35,685 nt of DNA from Candidatus Fimenecus sp. (GTDB lineage Bacteria > Bacillota > Clostridia > Oscillospirales > Acutalibacteraceae), in the NCBI GenBank assembly GCA_045641425.1, contig JAZUGZ010000171.1, forward strand, positions 1 to 35,685, written 5' to 3'. Below are positions 17,146 to 26,056 of this stretch, piece after piece. The position numbers and the translations under genes are program-made. How positions within the stretch are numbered: the stretch's first letter is position 1; each line of letters starts with the position of its first letter. The notes under the pieces were generated by a model that ran no database searches, was not told the DNA's origin, and saw only the letters and a program-made list of their open reading frames with translations.

Positions 17146-17946
17146 TTATTTCCAATTTATTTGCAAATCTTTCATTTCAATTCCGTTGTCTGTTGGTTGC
17201 CACTTTGTACGGAGCTTTACAAAATCTTTTTTGCACTCCATATTAACAGTTTTTAGGCTTCTGCAATTAAAGAATGCATATTCGCCAATATATTCAGTAG
17301 TAGCAGGAATTGTAATTTCAGTTAAACCTTCGCAATAACTAAAAGCATCTTTACCAATATAAATAAGCTTATTTGGTAAATCTATTTTTTCTAAAGATGA
17401 ACATTTGAAAAAAGCTTGTGTTTCAATTTTCATAAGAGTGCTTGGAAGTGTGATTGAAGTGATTTTATCACACTTATAAAATGCTTTTGTGCTAATGCTT
17501 TGCACCCCTTCAGGAATTGTGTATTCAGTTGCACCTGCTGGCGGATAGAAAAGAATTTCGGTCATATCCTTAGTGTAAAGCACTCCGTCAACCGAACAAA
17601 AATATTCATTTTCGCTGTCAACATCAAATTCGACTAAGCTTTGATTGTTTTCAAAAGCCCAAGTGCCAATCTTTTCAACATTTTTTCCAATTGAAATTTT
17701 AACTACGCTTTCAAGGTTACAGCCTGCAAAATCTGCAATTTCTGTAACAGGCAAATTTTCATAATCATCAGGAATGGCAATTTCAGTTACTTCTGTTTTG
17801 TTTGGAAGCTCGGTAACTATGGCCTTGCCGTCAACAAGCTTGAACTTTATGTCAGCCTTTTGAACGCCAAATTCTTCCCCACAACCACTAAAAAGAACAG
17901 AAATTAAAAGCAAAAGTACAATTAGTAATGATATTTTTCTTTTCAT
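17146..17946 (-). CDS. Lipoprotein with BspA-type leucine-rich repeats (LRR_5-like)
   Basis: Lipobox LFSGC. Repeats of the type I(T/D)(L/I)Pxxxxx I(G/E)xxAFxxCxxLxxI occur four or more times (for example ITLPSTLMKIETQAFFKCSSLEKIDLPNKLIYIGKDAFSYCEGLTEITIP). The start overlaps the upstream stop (ATGA). Confidence 0.85.
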   Translation of the reverse strand: MKRKISLLIVLLLLISVLFSGCGEEFGVQKADIKFKLVDGKAIVTELPNKTEVTEIAIPDDYENLPVTEIADFAGCNLESVVKISIGKNVEKIGTWAFENNQSLVEFDVDSENEYFCSVDGVLYTKDMTEILFYPPAGATEYTIPEGVQSISTKAFYKCDKITSITLPSTLMKIETQAFFKCSSLEKIDLPNKLIYIGKDAFSYCEGLTEITIPATTEYIGEYAFFNCRSLKTVNMECKKDFVKLRTKWQPTDNGIEMKDLQINWK

Positions 17947-19607
17947 ACTGCTTCCTCACTTTCTTCTGTTTCTTTAAGTCTTGCTTTAAGCTCTTCAACA
18001 CAAAGGTCATATTTTTCTTTTGTAAGGTCATAAAAGAAAAATGGAACAGTTACAAGCACAAGTGAGGCAATAGTTGCCCATGTGTAAATTGAAAATACCT
18101 TTGTAAGAATTACTGAGTCATAAAGAACATCCCAGTCAGATGTAAAGCCTGATAGCTTCAAAAGATATGGAACAATGTAGCTAATTGCCATTGTAACTGG
18201 GTTTAAGAACCAAGTGAACACGCCAGACATTGAATCTGCTCGCTCGCCATATTTCCATTGGTGGTAGGTTTGAACATCTGCACCAAATCCAGAGTTAACA
18301 CCATCAACCACTGGCGTAACTGTATTTTTAAGAGTGAGAGAAATTAAGAAAATCCAAATATTACCCATTTTAACCGCCAAAACAATACCAAGGCACATTA
18401 AAACAGTTATTGCACGTGACACTATTAAAATATCTCTCTTTTCAAACTTCTTTGTAAGAATTGGGCACATAATGTTGCCAAGGGTCATACCAAGAACAAC
18501 AATATTTGCCGCAACGCCTGAGAACCACTCCATACGAAGTGAATAAATAAACCACCAAGCAAGAAGGTTGCCTATAAGCCATTGGTACTGACCTAAAACA
18601 TTTGAAATATTGATAATCCAAAAGTATTTGTTTTTGAGAACATTTTTAGCACCCTTAAAGAATGTAACCTTTGCTCGTTTTTCGATTGGTGCTTCAATAA
18701 CTCTTTCTTTACATTTAACAACTGCCAATGAAACAAACGCACCAATAAATGCAAAAATCGGAACAAATACTCTATAAGTTTTAATGTTAAGATAGCCACC
18801 GGTAACGCTAATTAGCATTGGTAAAAACAGGTTAATAATTGACGGGAAAAGACCAGTTACAATTGGTACAATTGAGTAAAGTCTTTGTCTTTCCTGTGAG
18901 TTTGGAGTCATAAATGTAACAAGTCCGCCAACGTTTATCCAGTTTTGGTAGAAAAAGTTCATAAGCGAAAAGGCAAAGTTTAAGACAATAAGCCTTTTGG
19001 TGTAACTCATCTCTAAAAGTGGCAAATATGGAATAACCGACATAATAATTGCAGACGGGAAGCCGCAAATTAAAAGGAATGGTTTAAGTCTGCCATATTT
19101 TGCGCTAAATGCTCGACGAATTATCCAAGTGAAGTAGTTTGTAAGTCCTGCTATGAGCAAATTGTTACCAACAAGCTGTGGAAAACCTTTAATAATAAAC
19201 TCAAAACCTGCCGACGGAACAAAATAGCAAGCTATACCAACTATTATTTCAGCAGAGTAGGCTATATGTGCAAATATCTTCATTTTAGTCGAAAGTCGTC
19301 CGTGATTTTCATAAATAAGAACGCCTATTGGATTAAAGAAAATTAGTACATAACCAATTACAGTACCCATTATACCAATTTTTGTAAAGTCCAAATTGGA
19401 AATGCCCATAATAGAGCCTGTAAAATAGGTTGCGGCAAAGGTCATAATGGCAGAGAAAGTCATAAAAATATATGTACCACCCTGCATTGCCGTATAGGCT
19501 ACCATTTCTGACAGTGAAAGATACTCGCCCTCGTTTGGCGTGTTCCAAAACTTCTTTATATAAGCAGGAGCACCCTTTACAGTTGTTATAAGTTCGTTAA
19601 CCTTCAT
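17943..19607 (-). CDS. GPH-family (MFS_2) glycoside:cation symporter-like transporter with N-terminal extension
   Basis: 554 aa and polytopic. GPH-like motifs GRLKPF (residues 172-177) and TPNSQER (234-240), mirrored in the paralog at 29086-30570 (GKFRP 97-101, TPNLKER 158-164). Confidence 0.75.
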   Translation of the reverse strand: MKVNELITTVKGAPAYIKKFWNTPNEGEYLSLSEMVAYTAMQGGTYIFMTFSAIMTFAATYFTGSIMGISNLDFTKIGIMGTVIGYVLIFFNPIGVLIYENHGRLSTKMKIFAHIAYSAEIIVGIACYFVPSAGFEFIIKGFPQLVGNNLLIAGLTNYFTWIIRRAFSAKYGRLKPFLLICGFPSAIIMSVIPYLPLLEMSYTKRLIVLNFAFSLMNFFYQNWINVGGLVTFMTPNSQERQRLYSIVPIVTGLFPSIINLFLPMLISVTGGYLNIKTYRVFVPIFAFIGAFVSLAVVKCKERVIEAPIEKRAKVTFFKGAKNVLKNKYFWIINISNVLGQYQWLIGNLLAWWFIYSLRMEWFSGVAANIVVLGMTLGNIMCPILTKKFEKRDILIVSRAITVLMCLGIVLAVKMGNIWIFLISLTLKNTVTPVVDGVNSGFGADVQTYHQWKYGERADSMSGVFTWFLNPVTMAISYIVPYLLKLSGFTSDWDVLYDSVILTKVFSIYTWATIASLVLVTVPFFFYDLTKEKYDLCVEELKARLKETEESEEAV

Positions 19608-19629
19608 AAAAAATCCCCATTTTTTAATG

Positions 19630-19655
19630 AAAAAAGGGCGAACAACGTTCGCCCC
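19630..19655 (-). terminator. Intrinsic terminator after the FGGY kinase gene
   Basis: Minus strand: GGGCGAAC gtt GTTCGCCC followed by TTTTTT. It lies only about 22 nt upstream of the next start codon (19607). Confidence 0.7.
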
Positions 19656-19666
19656 TTAATTTTAGA

Positions 19667-21280
19667 TTAGTCTTGACCGTTAAGAATAGCAAAATTCTCT
19701 TTGTTTGCTTTGTAAAGGTTTGTGAAAACCTTGTAGTTACGGTCATAAACTGCCTTGTGAGCAAAGTTTGGCTTAAATGTTTTAGCTGCTGGAATAAGCT
19801 TCTTTGCATCTGTAATATCTCCGATGATTCCAGTACCAACAGCAATTGTAATTGCAGCACCAACTGAGCCAATGTTTTGTGGGCTGTCAACAGTTTCAAC
19901 TGTTCTGCCTGTGCAGTCAGCAAGGATTTGGCAAGTGATGTCTGAAAGAGCGCCACCACCTACAAAACGAATTGTATTTGAAGATTTAATTTTCTTGTCT
20001 GATGTTTCAAGGAACCAACGAAGGTGGAAGCAAACGCCTTCAACAACGGAACGAATCATTTCTGCCTTACCTGTGTCAAGGCTAATGTTGAAGAACATGC
20101 CTCTTGAATTAGGGTCTTCAAATGGGCAACGGTTACCGTGAAGCCAAGGAGTGAAGATAACGCCATTTGAACCAGCTGGAACTTCATCAACAACTGCCAT
20201 CATGTAGTCATAAAGGTTTGTATAAACCTTTTCAAAGTCGCCCTTTGCACGCTTTAAGTTGTGGTTTTTGTCAATATAAACATTGATTTCGTCAAGTGCT
20301 AAGTGGTCTTTAACCCACTCAACGCACTTACCTGCTGTTTCAAGCTCTGCAAAGTAGTTATAATAACCATCTTTTGCACCAACAATAGCAGCGATCATCG
20401 CACTTGTGTCAACAATTGACTTGTCAACAACTGTTGAAGCCCAACCTGATGTGCCCTGATAAATGTGAGTGTCGCCAAGCTCAACAGCACCAGCACCAAC
20501 GCCTATAAGTGAAGCGTCGCCGCCACCACCGAAAACAGCTGTGCCTGCTGCAAGGCCTAATTCGTCAGCAGCTTTCTTTGTAAGCTCGCCAACTTTGTCA
20601 GTTGACTTAACGATTTTTGCAAGGTGGTCTGTGTTAACACCGAGCATCTTGCACATTTCAGCACTCCAAGTCTTTTTCTTAATATCATAAATCATTGTTG
20701 AGAATGCAGAGTCGTGAGTCATTACAAACTCGCCTGTCATTCTTGCGATTAAATACTCTTTAACATCAAGCCATTTATGTACTCGCTTAAAGTTTTCTGG
20801 CTCATTCTTTTCAGTCCATTTATATTTCCAAATTGGGTCTTTAACTGAAAGTGGAGCAGCACCAGTAAGCATTAACGATTTAACAACCTTAACAGCATTA
20901 CCGCCTGCAACCTGAATACCACCGCCCATGCCTTCTTTAAGCTCAGCAGTAGCACGCTGGTCCATATAGCTAAATGCTCTACGAACTGCATTTGCATCTT
21001 TATCAACAAGTACAACACCCTGCATTTGTGAGCAGAATGAAATACCTGAAATATCTTCTTTTTTGATTTTTGAGTTTTTCATAACAACAGCTGTGCTGTT
21101 ACGCATTGCCTCCCACCACTCGTCTGGGTCTTGCTCTGCGCCACCATTTGGCATAACGTAAAGCTTGTATCCCTCACTTTGTGATGCAAGAAGCTCAATT
21201 TTGTCTGAAATTGCAAAGATACAAGTTTTAACACCCGTTGTACCAATATCATAAGCAATTACATATTTTGGCTCTGCCAT
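19667..21280 (-). CDS. FGGY-family carbohydrate kinase (xylulokinase-like, substrate unknown)
   Basis: N-terminal YVIAYDIGTTGVKTCIF, then GGGDASLIGVGAG and FVGGGALSDITCQILADCTGRTV. I prefer ATG 21280 (MAEPKY), which is preceded by GGGAGA. Confidence 0.88.
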   Translation of the reverse strand: MAEPKYVIAYDIGTTGVKTCIFAISDKIELLASQSEGYKLYVMPNGGAEQDPDEWWEAMRNSTAVVMKNSKIKKEDISGISFCSQMQGVVLVDKDANAVRRAFSYMDQRATAELKEGMGGGIQVAGGNAVKVVKSLMLTGAAPLSVKDPIWKYKWTEKNEPENFKRVHKWLDVKEYLIARMTGEFVMTHDSAFSTMIYDIKKKTWSAEMCKMLGVNTDHLAKIVKSTDKVGELTKKAADELGLAAGTAVFGGGGDASLIGVGAGAVELGDTHIYQGTSGWASTVVDKSIVDTSAMIAAIVGAKDGYYNYFAELETAGKCVEWVKDHLALDEINVYIDKNHNLKRAKGDFEKVYTNLYDYMMAVVDEVPAGSNGVIFTPWLHGNRCPFEDPNSRGMFFNISLDTGKAEMIRSVVEGVCFHLRWFLETSDKKIKSSNTIRFVGGGALSDITCQILADCTGRTVETVDSPQNIGSVGAAITIAVGTGIIGDITDAKKLIPAAKTFKPNFAHKAVYDRNYKVFTNLYKANKENFAILNGQD

Positions 21281-21311
21281 AATTCTTTCTCCCTTCATAT
21301 ATGAAACACCT

Positions 21312-21974
21312 TTATACTTTAAGTGCAGATTTTACAAATTTTAATATTTCACGAATTACAAACTCGTCTTTTTGAAGTGCATCATCGCCACAATAAAGCT
21401 TGAAGCGCTGAACATAATAATCACTTGCGAAAGAAAACTGAAGCGACATAAAAAGGTCGTCTAAAAGAAACGCTGCAACACTTGGGTCAATATCCTTGCG
21501 AATTTCGCCATTTTCTTGACCCTCACGAATTGCTTCTGTATAAATTTCAGCGGTAACGCGTTCCATTTCGGTTGCAAACTGGCTTGCGAGCTTTTTGTCG
21601 TTAATTGTTGTCATAGAATTATAGAGTTTAATTAAAACTCCATCTTCACGCGAAACAGTAATTATTTCACGCAAGATTTTTTCAACCTTAATCATAACGT
21701 CTTCATCGGTTTTAGCAAGGCCAAGAAGTAAAGTTTCAACGCGAGAAATACTTTCGTCAATAATGGTTAAAAATAAATCTTGCTTATTTTCAAAATATTT
21801 ATAAATCGCACCGACACTAATTCCTGCTTTATCTGCAATACTGCTTATGCTGGCATCGTGATAACCTTTTTTGGCAAATTCTTTTGTTGCCACGTCAATT
21901 ACCCTTGCCCTTTTTTCAGGTGGAATATTGTCAAAAGTCGGTTTGTGGTGCATTTTGAGATCCAAAATCATCAC
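21312..21974 (-). CDS. TetR/AcrR-family transcriptional regulator
   Basis: TetR_N HTH: RARVIDVATKEFAKKGYHDASISSIADKAGISVGAIYKYFENKQDLF. The exact start is uncertain (GTG 21974, ATG 21971 or ATG 21953) because no RBS is clear. Confidence 0.82.
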   Translation of the reverse strand: MMILDLKMHHKPTFDNIPPEKRARVIDVATKEFAKKGYHDASISSIADKAGISVGAIYKYFENKQDLFLTIIDESISRVETLLLGLAKTDEDVMIKVEKILREIITVSREDGVLIKLYNSMTTINDKKLASQFATEMERVTAEIYTEAIREGQENGEIRKDIDPSVAAFLLDDLFMSLQFSFASDYYVQRFKLYCGDDALQKDEFVIREILKFVKSALKV

Positions 21975-22006
21975 CCCAAAAATAGTTTATAGATAATTTT
22001 AACATA

Positions 22007-22915
22007 TTAAAAAAGTTTAGTAAAGTATTTTTTTACATATTCCGACAGTGTTTCTTCTGTCATATACTCAGTAAGACAGCCAACACCAGTTACACATTTA
22101 CCACCAGTAATGTTGCCCATTAAAATACACTTTCTAAAGTCCTCGTCTTTATAAAGACCAGTAATAAAACCTGAAAGGAATGCATCGCCCGCACCAGTTG
22201 CATCAACACACTTAAATTCTTCAATTTCAGGCACTACGAAATAATCCCCGTCAAATCCGGCACAACCATCACGGCCAAGCTTTACAATAGGCTTTTCAAA
22301 GTAGTCACGAAGAAAATCCAGAGCTTTTTTGTAATCTCTTGTGCCAGTAATTTTTTCTGTTTCGTCAATGTTTGGAGTGTAATAGTCAGCAATTTTAATG
22401 TACTCACGAAGATTATCAATAGACATATCATCAGAGTAGCCGGTATCAAGAACTAAAATTGTACCATCTTTTTTAAGCTGTTCGTAAACTGGCAAGATTT
22501 TTTCTTGCATACCAACAACCTTTGCACCTTTAAGCACATTGTAAATTTTTTCAAGCATTTCGTCAGTGTAAGTTTCTGTACCACCATAAGACACAAAAGT
22601 TCTATCTTTTTCAGTAATAATTGCAGATGTTACGTTAAGTGGATAAGAAGTGCTTTCAAAAGGAACATAGTCAACTCCATATTTCTCCAGTTCCCCTTTT
22701 GCAAACTTTGAGAACATATCATCGCCTAAAAATGTGCCGAGTTTAGACGGTGCCCCAAGTCTTGCACAGTTTATCATAGTTGCAGGGAGTCCCCCACCAA
22801 GGCAAACCTTAAAATCCTTTGAGTAAATCTCTTCTCCCTCGTTTGGTATTCTTGGCATACCCGCAAAAAGCAAATCACAATTAAGTTTTCCAAATGCTGC
22901 TACAAAATCTTTCAT
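22007..22915 (-). CDS. PfkB-family (ribokinase-like) sugar kinase
   Basis: LGGGLPATMINCARLG near the N-terminus and the C-terminal anion-hole motif DATGAGDAFLSGF. The start overlaps the GH4 stop. Confidence 0.88.
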   Translation of the reverse strand: MKDFVAAFGKLNCDLLFAGMPRIPNEGEEIYSKDFKVCLGGGLPATMINCARLGAPSKLGTFLGDDMFSKFAKGELEKYGVDYVPFESTSYPLNVTSAIITEKDRTFVSYGGTETYTDEMLEKIYNVLKGAKVVGMQEKILPVYEQLKKDGTILVLDTGYSDDMSIDNLREYIKIADYYTPNIDETEKITGTRDYKKALDFLRDYFEKPIVKLGRDGCAGFDGDYFVVPEIEEFKCVDATGAGDAFLSGFITGLYKDEDFRKCILMGNITGGKCVTGVGCLTEYMTEETLSEYVKKYFTKLF

Positions 22916-24276
22916 TTTAATTCTCCAAAATAATCTTTATTAAGTTCTTCATAAGCTGAAACGAGTTTTTCGGCAATTTTTTTATCTACAAGCGGATGAA
23001 CCGAAAGAGCTTTAATTGCGGCTTCACGACTTCGAAGTCTTAAAGCCTTTGAAGCTTCTCTTTCATATTCTTTTACTGCCATAATAAGGCTTTTATTCTC
23101 TTCTGAAACAACTCTCGGCTTAATTGGAATAGGCTTTCCACTTTCAATTTTACAAGATATTTCAACTGTGTCAGTTTCGTCCAAAAAGTCAAGTGCTTTA
23201 TTAACATTTGGCACACAAGCAATAACAGTTTTGTCAGTACCGTGAATAATTGTGTCGATAATTCCCAGCGCTACACCAGCATAGCCACCGTCGTCAGGAG
23301 CGAAAATGTCAAACTTATATTGTTTTTCTCGCTTTTCGCCAGTTTCACTTGCCATATATGAATTTTCACGCATTCCGTAATAATGCTCAAAAATCTTTAC
23401 AGCTTCATGGAAATTATTTTCAATATCAATTTCTTTTAGGGCCTTTGTCATTTCTCGGTTGATTATTTCAATTTGCTCGCCACGAGTAACTGGAGCATTC
23501 AAAATGTTTTCAACCGATTTTTTCGGCTCATAGAAATAGTAAAGATATTCATTAGGTATAAACTGCTTTTTTAGTAAATCGTCTTTTTTGAAATATCTTA
23601 AATCTGTTGTTTTGTAAGCACTGTCGTCACTTAAAAGCTTTGGTACAACATTTTCGCCATTAAAAATAATCTCGTTAAAGAACGAAAGATGATTAAGCCC
23701 GTAGCAAAAAGCTTCTGTTGAGCCAATTTCTAGTCCCAAATGCTCTTCAAATGAACGAAGCATTCCGGAAGGAGCATCACAAATGCCAAAAGTAAAGTCA
23801 TAACCCATATCACGAAGAGTTTGAGAAACAACACCGGCAGGGTTAGTAAAATTAAACACCTTGCAATTTGGCTTTGCATATTTTTTTACAAGCTCACAGT
23901 ACTCTTTAAGTGCCGGAATACTTCTCATAGCAAATGAAAAACCAGCCGCACCAGTAGTTTCTTGACCTAAGTACCCTTCATCAAGTGCTATTCGCTCGTC
24001 ACGGCAGCGCATGCTGTCCCCACCAGCACGAATTGTAGTAATTACATAGTCAGCGCCAATAATTGCGTCTATTGCGCTAAGCGTTAAAGTGAATTTAAGC
24101 TCTGGGCAAAGGCGTGTTGCTACTTCTTTTGCCATTTTTCCATATATATTTAATTTTTCAGGGTTTGAGTCCATAAAGACAAGCTCTGTAATGTCTAAAT
24201 CCTTTGTTCTATTAGCAATACTCTTTGCCAAGAACATTGAGCGAACTCCGGCACCGCCAATTACTGCAATTTTCAT
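22912..24276 (-). CDS. Glycoside hydrolase family 4 (NAD+/Mn2+-dependent), phospho-alpha-glucosidase-like with a CDAP motif
   Basis: MKIAVIGGAGVRS Rossmann N-terminus, FNFTNPAG, GICDAPSG (Cys166) and GLNHLSFF (metal-binding His). The start lies 1 nt downstream of the GH36-like stop. Confidence 0.88.
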   Translation of the reverse strand: MKIAVIGGAGVRSMFLAKSIANRTKDLDITELVFMDSNPEKLNIYGKMAKEVATRLCPELKFTLTLSAIDAIIGADYVITTIRAGGDSMRCRDERIALDEGYLGQETTGAAGFSFAMRSIPALKEYCELVKKYAKPNCKVFNFTNPAGVVSQTLRDMGYDFTFGICDAPSGMLRSFEEHLGLEIGSTEAFCYGLNHLSFFNEIIFNGENVVPKLLSDDSAYKTTDLRYFKKDDLLKKQFIPNEYLYYFYEPKKSVENILNAPVTRGEQIEIINREMTKALKEIDIENNFHEAVKIFEHYYGMRENSYMASETGEKREKQYKFDIFAPDDGGYAGVALGIIDTIIHGTDKTVIACVPNVNKALDFLDETDTVEISCKIESGKPIPIKPRVVSEENKSLIMAVKEYEREASKALRLRSREAAIKALSVHPLVDKKIAEKLVSAYEELNKDYFGELK

Positions 24277-24277
24277 A

Positions 24278-25954
24278 TTATAAAACCTTACCTATAGTAC
24301 TCTTACCATTTTTAATGTTAAATTTAAGACTCTTTTTTACTCCATCTTCAATAAATTCAAGCAAAACAACATCACGAGAAACATATTCCGCCATTGTAAT
24401 TTTATAGTCTTTATCCTTAAAGAAATCCATTAGATAATTAACTGTTTTTTCACTATAATCTCCTGCGTTGTCAGATACAAAAAGAACATTACCACAAACC
24501 GCATTGATTTTGCCAAGAAGTAATTTTTGCTCTAAATTAAACTTGATGTTTGTATCACGGAGGAAGAAAACATCAGGGTCTGTTACAAAAGCTCTGCCGT
24601 CAAGGTGGCTACGGAAAATTGCGTTGTTCATAGCATTTTCACAAGATGGAATTTCAGCATTTACACCAAATCTATTGTAAATTGGGCCTGTAAATTCTTT
24701 AGTAGCGTCTGGACCAATTCGGCAAGCGTCAAAAATGCCCATACAAGCACCAAGTGGAACACCGCAACCAAGAATTAGCTTGTCGCCACAAAGTGAACGA
24801 AGAAAATCTACTGCATCGCACATAATTTCGCCACGAGTTTTGCCATTTCGAGGTTGCATACATTGTGAGTAAAGGAAATCGAGCTTGACCATATCGTAAC
24901 CCCACTCATTAAATACAGTATTAAATACAATTTTAAGGTATTCTCTAAATTCTTCGTTATAAATGTCAAATGTGTAAGCACCACCCCAAGCAACACAGCC
25001 AAGAAGTGGCTTTCCAGTTTCGTTATCTTTAAGTACCCAGTCAGGATGTGCCTCTAAAATTGCTGAGCTTCTTTGTGCGCTAAATGGAGCAAGCCAAATA
25101 CCAGCCTTATAACCCTTGTCGTGAATTTTATCAGCAATATATTTCATTCCGTTAGGGAATTTTTGTCCGTCAACTCGAAGCCAGTCGCCAACTGCGGTTT
25201 CGTAACCGTCATCAACTTGGAAAATGTTAACTTCCGCTGATGCTCTATCCATTCCGTCAAGGTCACGAAGAATAATTTGCTCGTTTATTTTTTGGAAATA
25301 GTTATACCAAGATGTGTAACCAGCAAGGTGGCTGATTTTTGGCTTTTTTACACCTACAAAGTCGAAGAAATATTTATCCATTACCTCGTCAAAGTCACCA
25401 CTAATTTCAATAATGTCAAATACTTCGTAAGTATCGCCTTTTTTGAGCTTTAAGCCCTCAATATCCTTATAGATTTTGAATGTATCTTCATTCATATCTA
25501 CCTCGAATACCGTAAAGCCTTTTCTTTCACTCTTTGAGCCGAAAAGAGTAATATTTCTATTTCCTCTTTCTCTAAAATAGCAATATGTATAAGAATGGAA
25601 AACACCTTGTTTGCCATAATTTGCAAATTTATAGTCGCCTGAAATTCCAGTTAAATCTTCAGTGAATTTTGAAATTTTACCAAGTGGCATAATTCCCGAA
25701 AGCTTATCTTGCATGCAAAATTCTCTTGAAGTAGTCCAAGCTTGGTAACCATTAGCATAGAAAAGGTCATCAAATGAAAATTCACGCTCTGTTTTAAGAG
25801 AAAGTGAACGGAAGGTTAAATCTGTGTGTGCTGTAACAGTACCTTTAATAGTTCCATTTTCTTCTATTAAATCAAAGGTAAAATCGCCATTTTGAGCAGT
25901 ATTTACTCCGCTATATACTCCGTCTTTAATAATCTCTGCATAAAAGTTATACAT
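24278..25954 (-). CDS. Clan GH-D (GH36-like) alpha-galactosidase-family glycosidase
   Basis: FQVDDGYETAVGDWL, VKLDFLY (KxD nucleophile context) and CRIGPDA (acid/base context). The track start at 25963 is a GTG. I prefer ATG 25954, with AAGGAG 8 nt upstream. Confidence 0.75.
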   Translation of the reverse strand: MYNFYAEIIKDGVYSGVNTAQNGDFTFDLIEENGTIKGTVTAHTDLTFRSLSLKTEREFSFDDLFYANGYQAWTTSREFCMQDKLSGIMPLGKISKFTEDLTGISGDYKFANYGKQGVFHSYTYCYFRERGNRNITLFGSKSERKGFTVFEVDMNEDTFKIYKDIEGLKLKKGDTYEVFDIIEISGDFDEVMDKYFFDFVGVKKPKISHLAGYTSWYNYFQKINEQIILRDLDGMDRASAEVNIFQVDDGYETAVGDWLRVDGQKFPNGMKYIADKIHDKGYKAGIWLAPFSAQRSSAILEAHPDWVLKDNETGKPLLGCVAWGGAYTFDIYNEEFREYLKIVFNTVFNEWGYDMVKLDFLYSQCMQPRNGKTRGEIMCDAVDFLRSLCGDKLILGCGVPLGACMGIFDACRIGPDATKEFTGPIYNRFGVNAEIPSCENAMNNAIFRSHLDGRAFVTDPDVFFLRDTNIKFNLEQKLLLGKINAVCGNVLFVSDNAGDYSEKTVNYLMDFFKDKDYKITMAEYVSRDVVLLEFIEDGVKKSLKFNIKNGKSTIGKVL

Positions 25955-25984
25955 ATTTGCCACTCCTTTTTACAAACTAACTTT

Positions 25985-26013
25985 ATTTTACCATAGCGGG
26001 AAACTGTTTTCAA
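25985..26013 (-). promoter_or_regulatory. Promoter candidate for the GH36-like/GH4/PfkB operon
   Basis: Minus strand: TTGAAA (26013-26008), a 17-nt spacer, then TAAAAT (25990-25985) preceded by TGg (extended -10). It lies immediately downstream of the GH3 terminator. Confidence 0.5.
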
Positions 26014-26017
26014 CAAC

Positions 26018-26041
26018 AAAAAACGGGGGATTTCTCCCCCG
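26018..26041 (-). terminator. Intrinsic terminator after the GH3 gene
   Basis: Minus strand: CGGGGGA gaaa TCCCCCG followed by TTTTTTG. Confidence 0.8.
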
Positions 26042-26056
26042 CCCTAATAAATTTTA

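Noticed and set aside
19667-21280. The ~537-aa FGGY kinase as an LsrK-like autoinducer-2 kinase
   Set aside because: None of the lsr partners (LsrR, LsrACDB, LsrF/G) is present, and the context is carbohydrate catabolism. The size similarity alone is not evidence.
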